A DNA stretch of 64,000 nt from a virus (taxonomy: Duplodnaviria; Caudoviricetes): positions 1 to 64,000 of the IMG/VR virus record IMGVR_UViG_2657245709_000001. One strand, written 5' to 3'. The number at the start of each line of letters is the position of its first letter. Position 1 is the first letter of the stretch. The notes under the pieces are model-generated. The model made no database searches. It was given only the letters and a program-made list of their open reading frames with translations, and was not told the DNA's origin. Shown in pieces: positions 8,950 to 18,019 of this stretch. A program made the translations under genes and the position numbers.

Positions 8950-9498
8950 TCATCCGGAGAACCAGAAGCAGCCGAGCGATGAGCAGACGTCGCTTCCGGC
9001 GTTCGTGTTGAGAGCGCCACCGGAGTTCTGGTTGCCCTGCACCTCGATGTAGTCGTTCACCGCGCACACGACCTGGCAGACCGTCACCAGGCCGCAGCTC
9101 CCCGCGGCCGTCGCCGAGCTCGTCTTCACGAAACTGCCGGTGACCGCGGCCCCGTTGACCGTGATGCGGACCGCTCGGTTCGCGGTGCCGTTCGCTGCGA
9201 ACCCCACGCTGCCCGTGACATCCCACGTGCCGGCCACCGGCACCACAAACCTGGACGTGTTCGTCGTCGTCGAGTGTCCGTTGTCCGAATCGAAGAACTC
9301 GCTGTCCAGCGTCAGCGGCGTCCAGGTGTCGTTCGACAGCGCCTGCGCCACCGTGGCGTAGCCCCGGAAGCGCGGGGCCCCGTTGGTGCCGCTGCCCAGA
9401 CACCAGTCGCCCATGGCCTTCACGCTGGCGTTCCACAGCGCGCCCGTCAGGTAGTTGCCGGGCTGCTGGCTGGCGATGACCGGCGGTGTGCGGGGCAT
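8950..9498 (-). CDS. Minor tail / receptor-binding protein with a C1q/TNF-like beta fold (182 aa)
   Basis: GGAGG RBS. SRFVVPVAGTWDVTGSVGF...NDYIEV pattern; last tail gene. Confidence 0.7.
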   Translation of the reverse strand: MPRTPPVIASQQPGNYLTGALWNASVKAMGDWCLGSGTNGAPRFRGYATVAQALSNDTWTPLTLDSEFFDSDNGHSTTTNTSRFVVPVAGTWDVTGSVGFAANGTANRAVRITVNGAAVTGSFVKTSSATAAGSCGLVTVCQVVCAVNDYIEVQGNQNSGGALNTNAGSDVCSSLGCFWFSG

Positions 9499-9507
9499 GG
9501 GGGCCTC

Positions 9508-12500
9508 CTAGTAGGCGAAGCAGATGGCGTCGAACCCGGCGACGCTGTCCCAGGTAGTGGAGTCGGTGGTGCCTGCCGGGAGCGGTTCGCAGACGACATC
9601 GCCGCTCGCGTGGGACTTGGTGGTGGCGGCGGTCAGAGTGAGCGTGCCGGTGGTCCATCCGGAGGCGGTATTGCCGACCGCGGAGACGGTGACGGTCTCC
9701 TGGTTGGCGGTGCCCTGGCCGAGGACGAGCTGCTGGCCGGGCGCGATCTGCGCGGCGAGCACGTTGGTGTTGTCCTGGCCGGCGCGGACGGTGACCGTGG
9801 TGACGCCGGCGGCCGGGGACGTCGCGAGGGTGGTGTGCCAGGCGGCGATGATGCCGTACGGGCTCAGGTCGGCCGGGGATCCCTGGAGGGTGAGCTTCGC
9901 TTCGAGGTCATCCCCCCAGGCCCACTCCAGGTTCTCGACGAACATCTCTACCGTCACCGGCGGGACCCCGGGCGGCCGCCGTACGGCCCGGGCGCGGGTG
10001 CCCAGCTCGAGGCCGAGGCAGACCGGCCAGAGGGCGGGGTTGGCGGACGGGTGCAGGACCAGGGAGCTGACGCGGGTGGCGGGGCGCCGGTAGCGGGAGA
10101 TGAGGTAGCTGGCGGCGTCCTGGCACTCGTCGGCATTCGTCGAGTTGATGGTGCGGGTGATCGGCCGCTTGAAGAAGGCCTTCGTGCTGGGGGCATCGGT
10201 GTCGTAGAAGAGCTGCCCGGTGGACTCCTGGGTGACCTCTGCAGCATTGGCCAGGTGGGTCGGGTCGAAGTCGGTCTCGCAGCTCTCGTACGGCAGCTCC
10301 CCGAGATCCTCTCGCTCCCCGAACACGTACAGGGGGGCGAAAGCGTTGTAGCGGTCGCTGCGCGACTTGAAGGTGATGGTGCCGTCCCGGGCGATGTAGT
10401 GGGCTCCGCCCTCCGTTGCCACGACGGCCTCGAGGGCACTCACAGCGTCCTGGCCGTCCGTCGCGGCGGGGCCCATGGACGTGGTCAGGCCGGTCTGGAG
10501 ACTGGTGGGTCCCGTGTATCCGGCGTAGCGGAGGATCCGCCGGTAGCGCGCGGTCGTCGACTCTCCGCTGGCTGCAGCCTTCCACGCGCTGTACATCCCG
10601 GTGATCTGCGCAGAGGAAATGGGAATGGTGGGGAACTCGACGATGAAACTGATGTCACCCTTATAGTTGTTTGCAGTTCCGTTTCCAACGGTGACGTCGA
10701 CGAATCCGCCGACATTGTCGGAAATCAACCCCGTAGGCGTTCTATTAACTGCAATTCCGCCGAAGTAGGAAGCAGTGGCGCCGTCCAGAGAAGCGAACAT
10801 CTGCTGGGTGTTCTGGTTGTAGCCGAACCACAGCAAATGCCAGTTTCCATCGACACAGTTGGCTGAGCCGCCGAACGGGACGACGTTCGAGGCACCGGAT
10901 GGGCCTTGGATCCACAGTCTCGGCACACCGTTGGAGTCCAGGTAGAGGTAGATGTGCGCACCCGACGGGTTCCCGCCCGAGCGCTGGCCATCCATGCTGC
11001 TCCACAGGAAGGCACCGCTCGTAGGTGTGGGGCCGGTGTACCTGAACGCCATCAGCCGGGACCACTGGGACGGGTCTGCGGGACCCATAATTCCAGCGGA
11101 CGACAATTTGACGAATGACGCGGGCGCAGTGAGAGCGACGCCCGGGCTGCCGTTGTTGAAATTTGCCACCGTCCCCGTACTGCCGGTGTAGATTCCATTC
11201 ACGGTGTCAGTGGCCGTGATTTCCGCGCCCAGGGTGACGACGCCCGGCCCGTATTTGCCAGCGGCGATTGACGCTGCCGGGTAATTCCCAGTCCAGTCCG
11301 CCACGCTGGATGAGCCGCTCGGGTCGTCGAATTTGTAGACGAACCGCGGTGAGAGGGAATTGATTTCCTGCGTGAGCGGGTCCGCCAGCGTTTGCTGGCT
11401 GAGGAGCGCCAGCGAGTCGACTGCGGACGGAGAGACGCGCCCGTACGTGCCGTCCTGCCCCCACTGCGCCGGCCAACGCTCGGTCCACCCGGCGTAGACC
11501 GGGTACCAGATGCCGGGTACCTGCCAGGTGGTGGCCTGCGCGCCGGCCTCAAGCTGCCAGCCGTCGACCTGGACGGCGCAGGCAGCGGCAGCGGTCGCTG
11601 CGGTCGCCACGCCGGAGAAGAATCCGGCGGCGCCTGCGGGCGCGGTGGCGGTGACGACGAGCGTCGTCCACCCAGCGCTCGCCGAGCCCGCCAGGACCGC
11701 GGTGGTGCCGTAGCTGGTGGTGGACGGGGTGAGGCCGCCCGCCGTCGTGTACCAGCCCAGCGCCGCTGCGACGGAGAGGCTGCTGGACTGGGTGATGTTC
11801 CGGACGCGGAGGCTGACGGTGTACGTGCGGCCCGGTACGACAGGAGGCCGAGGGGCGTAGCAGATCCTCGACTGCGCGGGGGCCGAGGCGGGGACCGCGA
11901 ACTGCATCACGGTGGATCCCTGCCAGGCGCTCGCGGTGGTGACGAAGGTGGCCGCGGTGTCCGTGCTGGAGAAGATGCCGGTGGCCGCTGTCACGATGAC
12001 TCCCGAGAAGCCGCCGAGATCCCCGCCGGTCGCCATCACCTGATCGAGGAGATTCCGGCTGGGCGGCCACTGCGCCCGCCGCCGGTAGGGCTGGTAGGGG
12101 TTGATGGATCCGTACCAGGGCCCGGCCGTGTTGGTCGGCTCGAGGCGCCCGTCGTCGTTCGCCAGCTCGAGCTGCACCTCGGCCGCGCGCACCTGGTCGG
12201 TTTCGTACTGGCGGCCGCGGCCGACGGTGACGCCGTTCCGTACGCGCTCGGAGATGTCGACGTAGCGGTCGAGGGGGACGGTGCCTCCGTTGCTGTCCCA
12301 CAGCGGCCCCCAGCCGTCCTCGATCCGGGGGAAGTTGAGGTTGATCTCGGCAGGGGCGGTGACGGTGGTGCCGACCTGATCCACGTAGGCGTACATGCCC
12401 GCGGCCTCGGTCCCGGAGTAGCCGCACAGCCACACAGCCTGCACCGCGCCCGCCGGCCAGGAGTGCGGGATGGTCGCGCCGGGCGTCCAGGACCAGCCGT

Positions 12501-12921
12501 CCGGCGACGTGTCGAAGAGGAAGTTGCCGGCCTGCTCCCGGATACGCCACCAGGCGTGCAGGAACGGGTTGTAGGTGCCGACGGACACGGTCGTGGTGAC
12601 ACCGGCGTTCAGGACGGCGGCCGACAGGCTCCCGCCGCTGTAGATGAGCGTGGCCCGGTTGCTCGCGTCGAGGCTGAGCCGCATCAGGAGCTGCGTGCCG
12701 CCGTTCCCGACCGGCGGCGGGACGACCCGGGCGTAGACCGCGCTGCTCGTAGCGTCCCAGGGACCCGCGGCACCGAGCTGCGGGTACGACGTCGTGCACG
12801 CGATCTGGACCCGGTCGAGGACCTGGTCCAGGCTCACGTCCGGGGCACTGGTCGAGGCGCTCCAGGTCGGTCCGAGGGCCGGTGCCCCGAAGAAGTCCTG
12901 AAGGGCAGCCAGTTTCGGCAC
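9508..12921 (-). CDS. Large minor tail protein with carbohydrate-binding and LamG-like domains (1137 aa)
   Basis: Directly after the tape measure. Contains VTVGRGRQYETD...LELANDDGRL, a CBM-like PGRTYTVS...VDGWQLE segment and a LamG-like DGNWHLL segment. Confidence 0.85.
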   Translation of the reverse strand: MPKLAALQDFFGAPALGPTWSASTSAPDVSLDQVLDRVQIACTTSYPQLGAAGPWDATSSAVYARVVPPPVGNGGTQLLMRLSLDASNRATLIYSGGSLSAAVLNAGVTTTVSVGTYNPFLHAWWRIREQAGNFLFDTSPDGWSWTPGATIPHSWPAGAVQAVWLCGYSGTEAAGMYAYVDQVGTTVTAPAEINLNFPRIEDGWGPLWDSNGGTVPLDRYVDISERVRNGVTVGRGRQYETDQVRAAEVQLELANDDGRLEPTNTAGPWYGSINPYQPYRRRAQWPPSRNLLDQVMATGGDLGGFSGVIVTAATGIFSSTDTAATFVTTASAWQGSTVMQFAVPASAPAQSRICYAPRPPVVPGRTYTVSLRVRNITQSSSLSVAAALGWYTTAGGLTPSTTSYGTTAVLAGSASAGWTTLVVTATAPAGAAGFFSGVATAATAAAACAVQVDGWQLEAGAQATTWQVPGIWYPVYAGWTERWPAQWGQDGTYGRVSPSAVDSLALLSQQTLADPLTQEINSLSPRFVYKFDDPSGSSSVADWTGNYPAASIAAGKYGPGVVTLGAEITATDTVNGIYTGSTGTVANFNNGSPGVALTAPASFVKLSSAGIMGPADPSQWSRLMAFRYTGPTPTSGAFLWSSMDGQRSGGNPSGAHIYLYLDSNGVPRLWIQGPSGASNVVPFGGSANCVDGNWHLLWFGYNQNTQQMFASLDGATASYFGGIAVNRTPTGLISDNVGGFVDVTVGNGTANNYKGDISFIVEFPTIPISSAQITGMYSAWKAAASGESTTARYRRILRYAGYTGPTSLQTGLTTSMGPAATDGQDAVSALEAVVATEGGAHYIARDGTITFKSRSDRYNAFAPLYVFGEREDLGELPYESCETDFDPTHLANAAEVTQESTGQLFYDTDAPSTKAFFKRPITRTINSTNADECQDAASYLISRYRRPATRVSSLVLHPSANPALWPVCLGLELGTRARAVRRPPGVPPVTVEMFVENLEWAWGDDLEAKLTLQGSPADLSPYGIIAAWHTTLATSPAAGVTTVTVRAGQDNTNVLAAQIAPGQQLVLGQGTANQETVTVSAVGNTASGWTTGTLTLTAATTKSHASGDVVCEPLPAGTTDSTTWDSVAGFDAICFAY

Positions 12922-12936
12922 CGCGGTCTCCTCTGC

Positions 12937-15900
12937 TCAGCGCTTGTAGGCGGGGTAGGTGCTGGAGTTGCGCATCCCCTTCTTGAGGAAGCCCTCCTCG
13001 ACGACCTTCACCAGCTCCCGCTCCGTCATGACGTGCCCCCGCACTTCGACCTTCACGGTGCGCCGGTCGACGTAGGTGTACGAGCCGCTGCGCTGGGCGG
13101 GGATGCGGTAGCTGGACGCGTTCGCGGAGAACGCGGCCTGGCTGATGCTGCTCGCGCTGGTGACCTGGGTGGACAGCCGCTTGGCCGCGGTCACGGCGTG
13201 CCGTGCTGCGCCGGTGATACCGACGGCGAGCCCCTGGGGGATGTAGCCGCCGATGTCTGCGAACACCTGCGACGGCGACTTGATGCGCAGGGCGTGCCGG
13301 ATCGCTGCGGCCATCTTCTTGGCGATCCGGACCATCTGCTTCTCGATGGCCTTCTCTTGCCGCTGGAGGCCCTTGACCAGGCCCTGCGCGGCTTTGATCC
13401 CGGCACCGTACATCGCGTCCGCGACGACCGCGCCGGTCTCCTTGGCCTTGGCCTTCATGCTGGTCTGGAGGGAGTTGACCTCCTTGACCTGTCCCTTCGA
13501 GGCAGCGGCCAGGGCGCGGGCGGTGTCGCCGCCGCCCTCTACCCCGGCCGACGCGATCTGGTCGATCAGGTCGGCGCGCAGGCCCTTCTTGCGGAGCATC
13601 GCGAGGTTGGCGGTGAACTCGGCAACCTTCCGCGCCTGCTCGCGCATGCTGGCGACGACGTCGAACGAGTTCACGCTGCGGCCCTCGTCGGGGGACGCGG
13701 TGACCACCGACATGCCCTGCATCACGCTCGAGGCGATCTCGTCGCGCTTCGACGTCCACGACTTCTGGAGGTCGGCCAGCTTCTTCTGGGCGTCCTTCAG
13801 CTTCTTGGCGGTCGCGTCGCGTTTCGCCGCGAGGGACCGCATCACCCGGTCCTCGCGCTTCACGTACCGCTCGACGCCGGCGAGCGCCTTCAGCTTCTGG
13901 GCGACCCACGCGTTGGTGCGCCGGCCTGCCCTGGTCCTGCTGCTGGTGCGCTGGTCGGTGAGGTGATTGCGGGTCTGCAGGATCAGGGTCTCGATCCGCT
14001 TGGTCGCGGTCTTGACCTTGGCGGTGCTGCCGGTGAGGCCTTCGACCAGGCCCTGGTTGATGTAGATGCCCAGCGAGCGGAAGACCTTCGACGGCGAGTG
14101 GATGCCGAGGGCGGACTTGAAGGCGTTCTTCGCGCTGTTGGCGATGCCGGACATCACCGAGCTGACGCCGATGGACTTCAGGCCGTTGATGAGGCCGCGG
14201 ATCATGTCCCGGCCAGCGGAGGTGAGGAGGGAGCCGAGGGGGCCGAGGGCCTTGCGTGCCCGGCCGGGGAGCCCCCTCACCCAGGCGACCGCTTCGAGCG
14301 CCTTCTGGATCGTCGCGGCGCGGAACTTCAGCCACGCCTCGAGCGCGCGCACGCCGAGAGAGGTGGCGAGCGAGGACAGGGCGGCCTTCGCCCTGCCCGG
14401 CAGGCCTCCGATCCAGGTGATCAGGGCCCGGCCGGTGTTGACCGTGGCGCGGTAGGCGTTCGAGAACCCCCTGCTGATCATCTTCCAGTGGGTGACGATG
14501 TACGCGACCGCGATCCCGATGGGCCCCGTGAGCAGCGTCAGGAGCATCGGCCAGTGCGCCTTGACGAAGTCGACGACCCAGCCGATGGCGGTGGTGATCG
14601 CCTTGAAGGCCCCGTTGCAGAAGTTCCGGAACCAGCCGATCTTGTTGTACGCCAGGATCAGCGCCCCGACGAGCGCAGCGATCGCGAGGACGACGAGCAT
14701 GATCGGGTTCGCGGACATCGCCGCGTTGAGGACCCACTGCACGGCAGCAGCAGTCCGCGTCGCGATCGTCGACGCGACGAGCCGCGCTTTCTGCACCGTC
14801 CAGGCGATCGCGGATCGGGCCGCGGCGAGCGTCGCCTGGCCGACGGACCGCGCCAGCGTGAGCGCGGCGGTGCCCGCCGTCCGCATCGCTGCACCGGCGC
14901 CGCGGACCGCGCCGACCAGACCGGCCCAGGCAGCACGGCCCGCACTGGCGGCGGCGCGGCCCGCACTGCGGCTGAGCGTCACCGCGGCGCTGCCAGCGGC
15001 GCGCATCGCGCGCCCGGCGCCCTGGGCCCCGGCGACTACGCCCGACCACGCCGCCCGGCCGCCGCGGCCGATCGCCAGGCCCGCGGTGCGCCCGAACGAT
15101 ACTGCTGCGCTCCCGGCGCTCTTGATGCCGCGTCCGGCGGCCTTCGCCCCGCTGATGCCGCTGTTCCACGCTCTGCGCAGCGCGCCGCCGAAGCTGCCCG
15201 CCCGGCCGGAGAAAACGGATCCTGCGACCTGGGCGGAGCGGAAGCCCTGGACGATCCGTCCGCCCGCCTTCACGCCGGCCACGCCGAGCTTGGCGAGCGA
15301 GCCGATCGGCTTGACCACCGACATGGTCAGCTTGGCGGCGTACGCGACGACGGCCAGGGCGAGGACGCCGCCGATCACGGAGGCGAGCGCGACGGCTACC
15401 TTCTGGTGGCGTGCGAACCAGTCGGCGGCGGCGGTGACGACCGGGATGAGCTTGGTGCCGATCTCGATCGCCAGGACCGAGACGGTCTGCTTGGCCTTCG
15501 CGAGGCGGACGTTGAAGAGCTTCTGGGTCGCGTCCCAGCCCTCGACGTCCTTCGTCGCGTGATTGTAGGACTCGCGGACTTTGTGGACGCGCTCGTTATA
15601 GCCGTCGGTGTTCTCCCCGGTGAGCTGCAGCGCCGTATTGAGGCCGATCGCGCCGCCGAGCATTTTGCGCATGGCCTCGGTATAGGTCTGCGCCGCCGGG
15701 CCGCCCTTTTTCAGCTCGTCAGCGAAGCCGTGCGAGTTTTTGAAGAGCGTCTTGAACTGCGCGCCTAGCACCTGCTGACTGGCAGGCATTTTGCCGATGG
15801 CCTTGGAGAACTGGTTCCCGGTGAGCGTCCCTTTCTCCAGGCCGTGGGCAAGCTCCTGGAGTTTGGGCGGCATCAGCGAAATCATTTTGCGCATGTTCTG

Positions 15901-16836
15901 CGCAGCGAATTTCGTGTTGTTGAAGCTGGACAGCAGGACCGTGCCCGACTTGCCCATCTTCCCGAGGACGGTCTTCGACAGCAGGTCGAACGTCCCTGCG
16001 AGACCCCGGCCACCGTGGTCGACGTCCTTCATCTTCGTCGCGACGTCCGTCGACGACAGCCCCAGCCTGGCCATCTCCTTCACGGCCACCTGGTTGGGAG
16101 ATGCCAGCGAGCGGATTGTGGAGGCCAGCTCCTGCGTGCCCTCGCGCGCGCTGGTGCCGTGCTGCGTCAGGGTCGCGAGAGCGCCTGAGACCTCGGAGAA
16201 CGAGATCTTGTTGGCCGAGGCGATCGGAAGGACTGTTGACAGGGAGGAAGCGAATTCCTCCATTGTCATCTTGCCTTCACCGGCGGCCGTCTTCATGGCG
16301 TTCATCACCTGAACGCTCTTGTCGGCCTTCAGGTGATAAGAAGCCATGACCGAAGTCATTGCGTTGGTGACAGATTCGAGCGACGCGTTCTCTTCGCGCG
16401 CGCCCTGGGCTGCCGCCTTCAGTACTTTTAGACCGTTGGAGCCGCGAATACCGGCCTTTTCGATCTGGTACATGCCCTCAGTGAGGTTATGCCAGTCGGT
16501 GCCCGTATCTTTCGCGACGTCAAGAATGCCCTTTCGAACGGTTTTCAGGTTGGAAAGGGTTTCTCCGGCGGCGGTGTGCAGCACCATCGTGCCGGCCTCG
16601 AAATCGCCGGCCATCTTCATGGAGGCGACCGCCGCACCGGCACCGACCAGACTGACCGAGCGGCCCATCCGGGCCATGCCCGCCGCCACGGTCCCACTGG
16701 CCTGCCGCATCCCTGCGGCCGTGCCGTTTACCTGCGCGCGGGCCTCCCGCATCGTGGCGCGGAGCTGGGTGATGTCACCCATGAACCGCGCGACAACGGG
16801 AGGCAGCAGTCCCCCGCCACCGCCACCGCCGCTCAT
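12937..16836 (-). CDS. Tail tape measure protein (1299 aa)
   Basis: Longest tail ORF, Ala/Gly/Lys-rich and helical. TP901-type core, ANPIMLVVLAIAALV and two LxIxSPSxVF motifs. Start taken at ATG 16836. Confidence 0.93.
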   Translation of the reverse strand: MSGGGGGGGLLPPVVARFMGDITQLRATMREARAQVNGTAAGMRQASGTVAAGMARMGRSVSLVGAGAAVASMKMAGDFEAGTMVLHTAAGETLSNLKTVRKGILDVAKDTGTDWHNLTEGMYQIEKAGIRGSNGLKVLKAAAQGAREENASLESVTNAMTSVMASYHLKADKSVQVMNAMKTAAGEGKMTMEEFASSLSTVLPIASANKISFSEVSGALATLTQHGTSAREGTQELASTIRSLASPNQVAVKEMARLGLSSTDVATKMKDVDHGGRGLAGTFDLLSKTVLGKMGKSGTVLLSSFNNTKFAAQNMRKMISLMPPKLQELAHGLEKGTLTGNQFSKAIGKMPASQQVLGAQFKTLFKNSHGFADELKKGGPAAQTYTEAMRKMLGGAIGLNTALQLTGENTDGYNERVHKVRESYNHATKDVEGWDATQKLFNVRLAKAKQTVSVLAIEIGTKLIPVVTAAADWFARHQKVAVALASVIGGVLALAVVAYAAKLTMSVVKPIGSLAKLGVAGVKAGGRIVQGFRSAQVAGSVFSGRAGSFGGALRRAWNSGISGAKAAGRGIKSAGSAAVSFGRTAGLAIGRGGRAAWSGVVAGAQGAGRAMRAAGSAAVTLSRSAGRAAASAGRAAWAGLVGAVRGAGAAMRTAGTAALTLARSVGQATLAAARSAIAWTVQKARLVASTIATRTAAAVQWVLNAAMSANPIMLVVLAIAALVGALILAYNKIGWFRNFCNGAFKAITTAIGWVVDFVKAHWPMLLTLLTGPIGIAVAYIVTHWKMISRGFSNAYRATVNTGRALITWIGGLPGRAKAALSSLATSLGVRALEAWLKFRAATIQKALEAVAWVRGLPGRARKALGPLGSLLTSAGRDMIRGLINGLKSIGVSSVMSGIANSAKNAFKSALGIHSPSKVFRSLGIYINQGLVEGLTGSTAKVKTATKRIETLILQTRNHLTDQRTSSRTRAGRRTNAWVAQKLKALAGVERYVKREDRVMRSLAAKRDATAKKLKDAQKKLADLQKSWTSKRDEIASSVMQGMSVVTASPDEGRSVNSFDVVASMREQARKVAEFTANLAMLRKKGLRADLIDQIASAGVEGGGDTARALAAASKGQVKEVNSLQTSMKAKAKETGAVVADAMYGAGIKAAQGLVKGLQRQEKAIEKQMVRIAKKMAAAIRHALRIKSPSQVFADIGGYIPQGLAVGITGAARHAVTAAKRLSTQVTSASSISQAAFSANASSYRIPAQRSGSYTYVDRRTVKVEVRGHVMTERELVKVVEEGFLKKGMRNSSTYPAYKR

Positions 16837-16914
16837 CCGAAACCGCCCTCCGGGCACAGCGAGCGGCCCCGTCCGCCGTGCACCCGGGACGGGCACAGCG
16901 CAGGGGCCGCTCAG

Positions 16915-17370
16915 TCAGTGGTGGGCGGCGAGGGCGGTTCGCCAGGCGCGGTGGTACACGGCGCCGATCTGGCCGGTCGTCACGAGGCGCTCGTACGCGG
17001 GCTGCACGTACGGGCGCGGCGGTAGTTCGGCGCCGCGGCCGACGGGACCGCCGAGCTCCTGCACGCGGCCGTAGACGGCGGTCGGGCCGACCTGGGCGAC
17101 CCAGCGGCCGAAGCCGGCCGGGACGGGGCCGACGACCTTGATGGACCTGCGCAGGGTGCCGGTGACGAGCGAGGGCGGGTCACCCGGCGCGGACGGCGTC
17201 GGGGTCCCCTTGGGGTGGCTGCTCGTGGTGAGCATCTGCTTGATCGCGGCCTCGGCCAGGTGCGCGGCGTGCGCGGTCGCGACGCGGGTCGCGCGCTGGA
17301 GATCCCGCTCGAGGCCCTGCATCGCGGCGTTGAACTGGGCGAGGCCGGTGATGTGCACGGATCCGGCCAC
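16915..17370 (-). CDS. HK97 gp10-like neck / tail-completion protein (151 aa)
   Basis: ITGL, TGTLRRSI, YGRVQELG and PPRPYVQPA motifs. Confidence 0.8.
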   Translation of the reverse strand: MAGSVHITGLAQFNAAMQGLERDLQRATRVATAHAAHLAEAAIKQMLTTSSHPKGTPTPSAPGDPPSLVTGTLRRSIKVVGPVPAGFGRWVAQVGPTAVYGRVQELGGPVGRGAELPPRPYVQPAYERLVTTGQIGAVYHRAWRTALAAHH

Positions 17371-17376
17371 CAGCGT

Positions 17377-17640
17377 TCACCCCCTCTCGGCGTCGCGCTG
17401 TGCCTTCTCCTGGGCGTCCGCGCGGATCTCGTCGACGAGTTCGGCGAGGTCGGGGAGGCTGTGGAACACCTCGAGAGGCAGGGCGTCGACCTGGTCGGGG
17501 GTCCAGTGGTAGCGCTCGGCGTACCAGAGGTAGTCGAGCGACCGGTCCCAGCGGGTCTCCGGGTACCGGGTGCTCGAGCGGGCGTTGGCGGGGTCCTCCA
17601 GCCGTGCTTTCAGCCGGCGGAGGGTTCGGTAGGGGACTCC
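17377..17640 (-). CDS. Tail assembly chaperone C-terminal extension (gpT-like), reached by -1 frameshift
   Basis: 87-codon open frame with no usable start. It overlaps the end of the chaperone in the -1 frame and encodes YLWYAERYHWTPDQVDALP. Confidence 0.75.
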   Translation of the reverse strand, partial: GVPYRTLRRLKARLEDPANARSSTRYPETRWDRSLDYLWYAERYHWTPDQVDALPLEVFHSLPDLAELVDEIRADAQEKAQRDAERG

Positions 17641-17972
17641 GGGTCAGCCACCTGCTCCGGCGTCGCCTCCGCCTGCTCCGGGAAGATCAGCTTGTGCGCG
17701 GCCTTGATCTCCGGGAGCTTCTCGACGGCGGCGCTGTCCGCCAGGGACAGAAGCCCCAGGGAGTCCGCGGTGGCCGGCATCGGGAGCTCGAAAGACCAGG
17801 CGGCGATCATCATGCAGATGACGCCGTCCGCCATCTCGACCTCGGTCGCGAGGGTCAGCTCGGACTCTTCCGCGAGTCCGACCAGCTTCAGCGCCCGCTT
17901 CTTGTCGGCGCGGCGCAGATCGGCGGGGTCGCGGAGTTCGACCCAGTTCCCGGAGGGCAGGGCGTGACGCAT
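17610..17972 (-). CDS. Tail assembly chaperone (gpG-like, 120 aa)
   Basis: ATG at 17972 with AAGGAG RBS, immediately after the tail tube gene. Confidence 0.8.
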   Translation of the reverse strand: MRHALPSGNWVELRDPADLRRADKKRALKLVGLAEESELTLATEVEMADGVICMMIAAWSFELPMPATADSLGLLSLADSAAVEKLPEIKAAHKLIFPEQAEATPEQVADPESPTEPSAG

Positions 17973-18019
17973 CGGTACTCCTTGAGGTGAGGGTGTGAGG
18001 GTGGGGTGGGCCCGGTCGG

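Noticed and set aside
11549-15169. 1206-aa minus-strand ORF overlapping the tape measure and tail genes
   Set aside because: Off-frame Arg/Pro-rich translation typical of GC-rich DNA.
11392-15768. 1458-aa plus-strand ORF and other long antisense ORFs (e.g. 23063-25645, 27307-31044, 43548-46196)
   Set aside because: Shadow frames of high-GC3 minus-strand genes, with Arg/Gly/Pro-rich composition and no motifs.
16810-16830. Poly-Gly run at the tape measure N-terminus as a slippage tract
   Set aside because: Mixed GGC/GGT/GGG codons, not a homopolymer.
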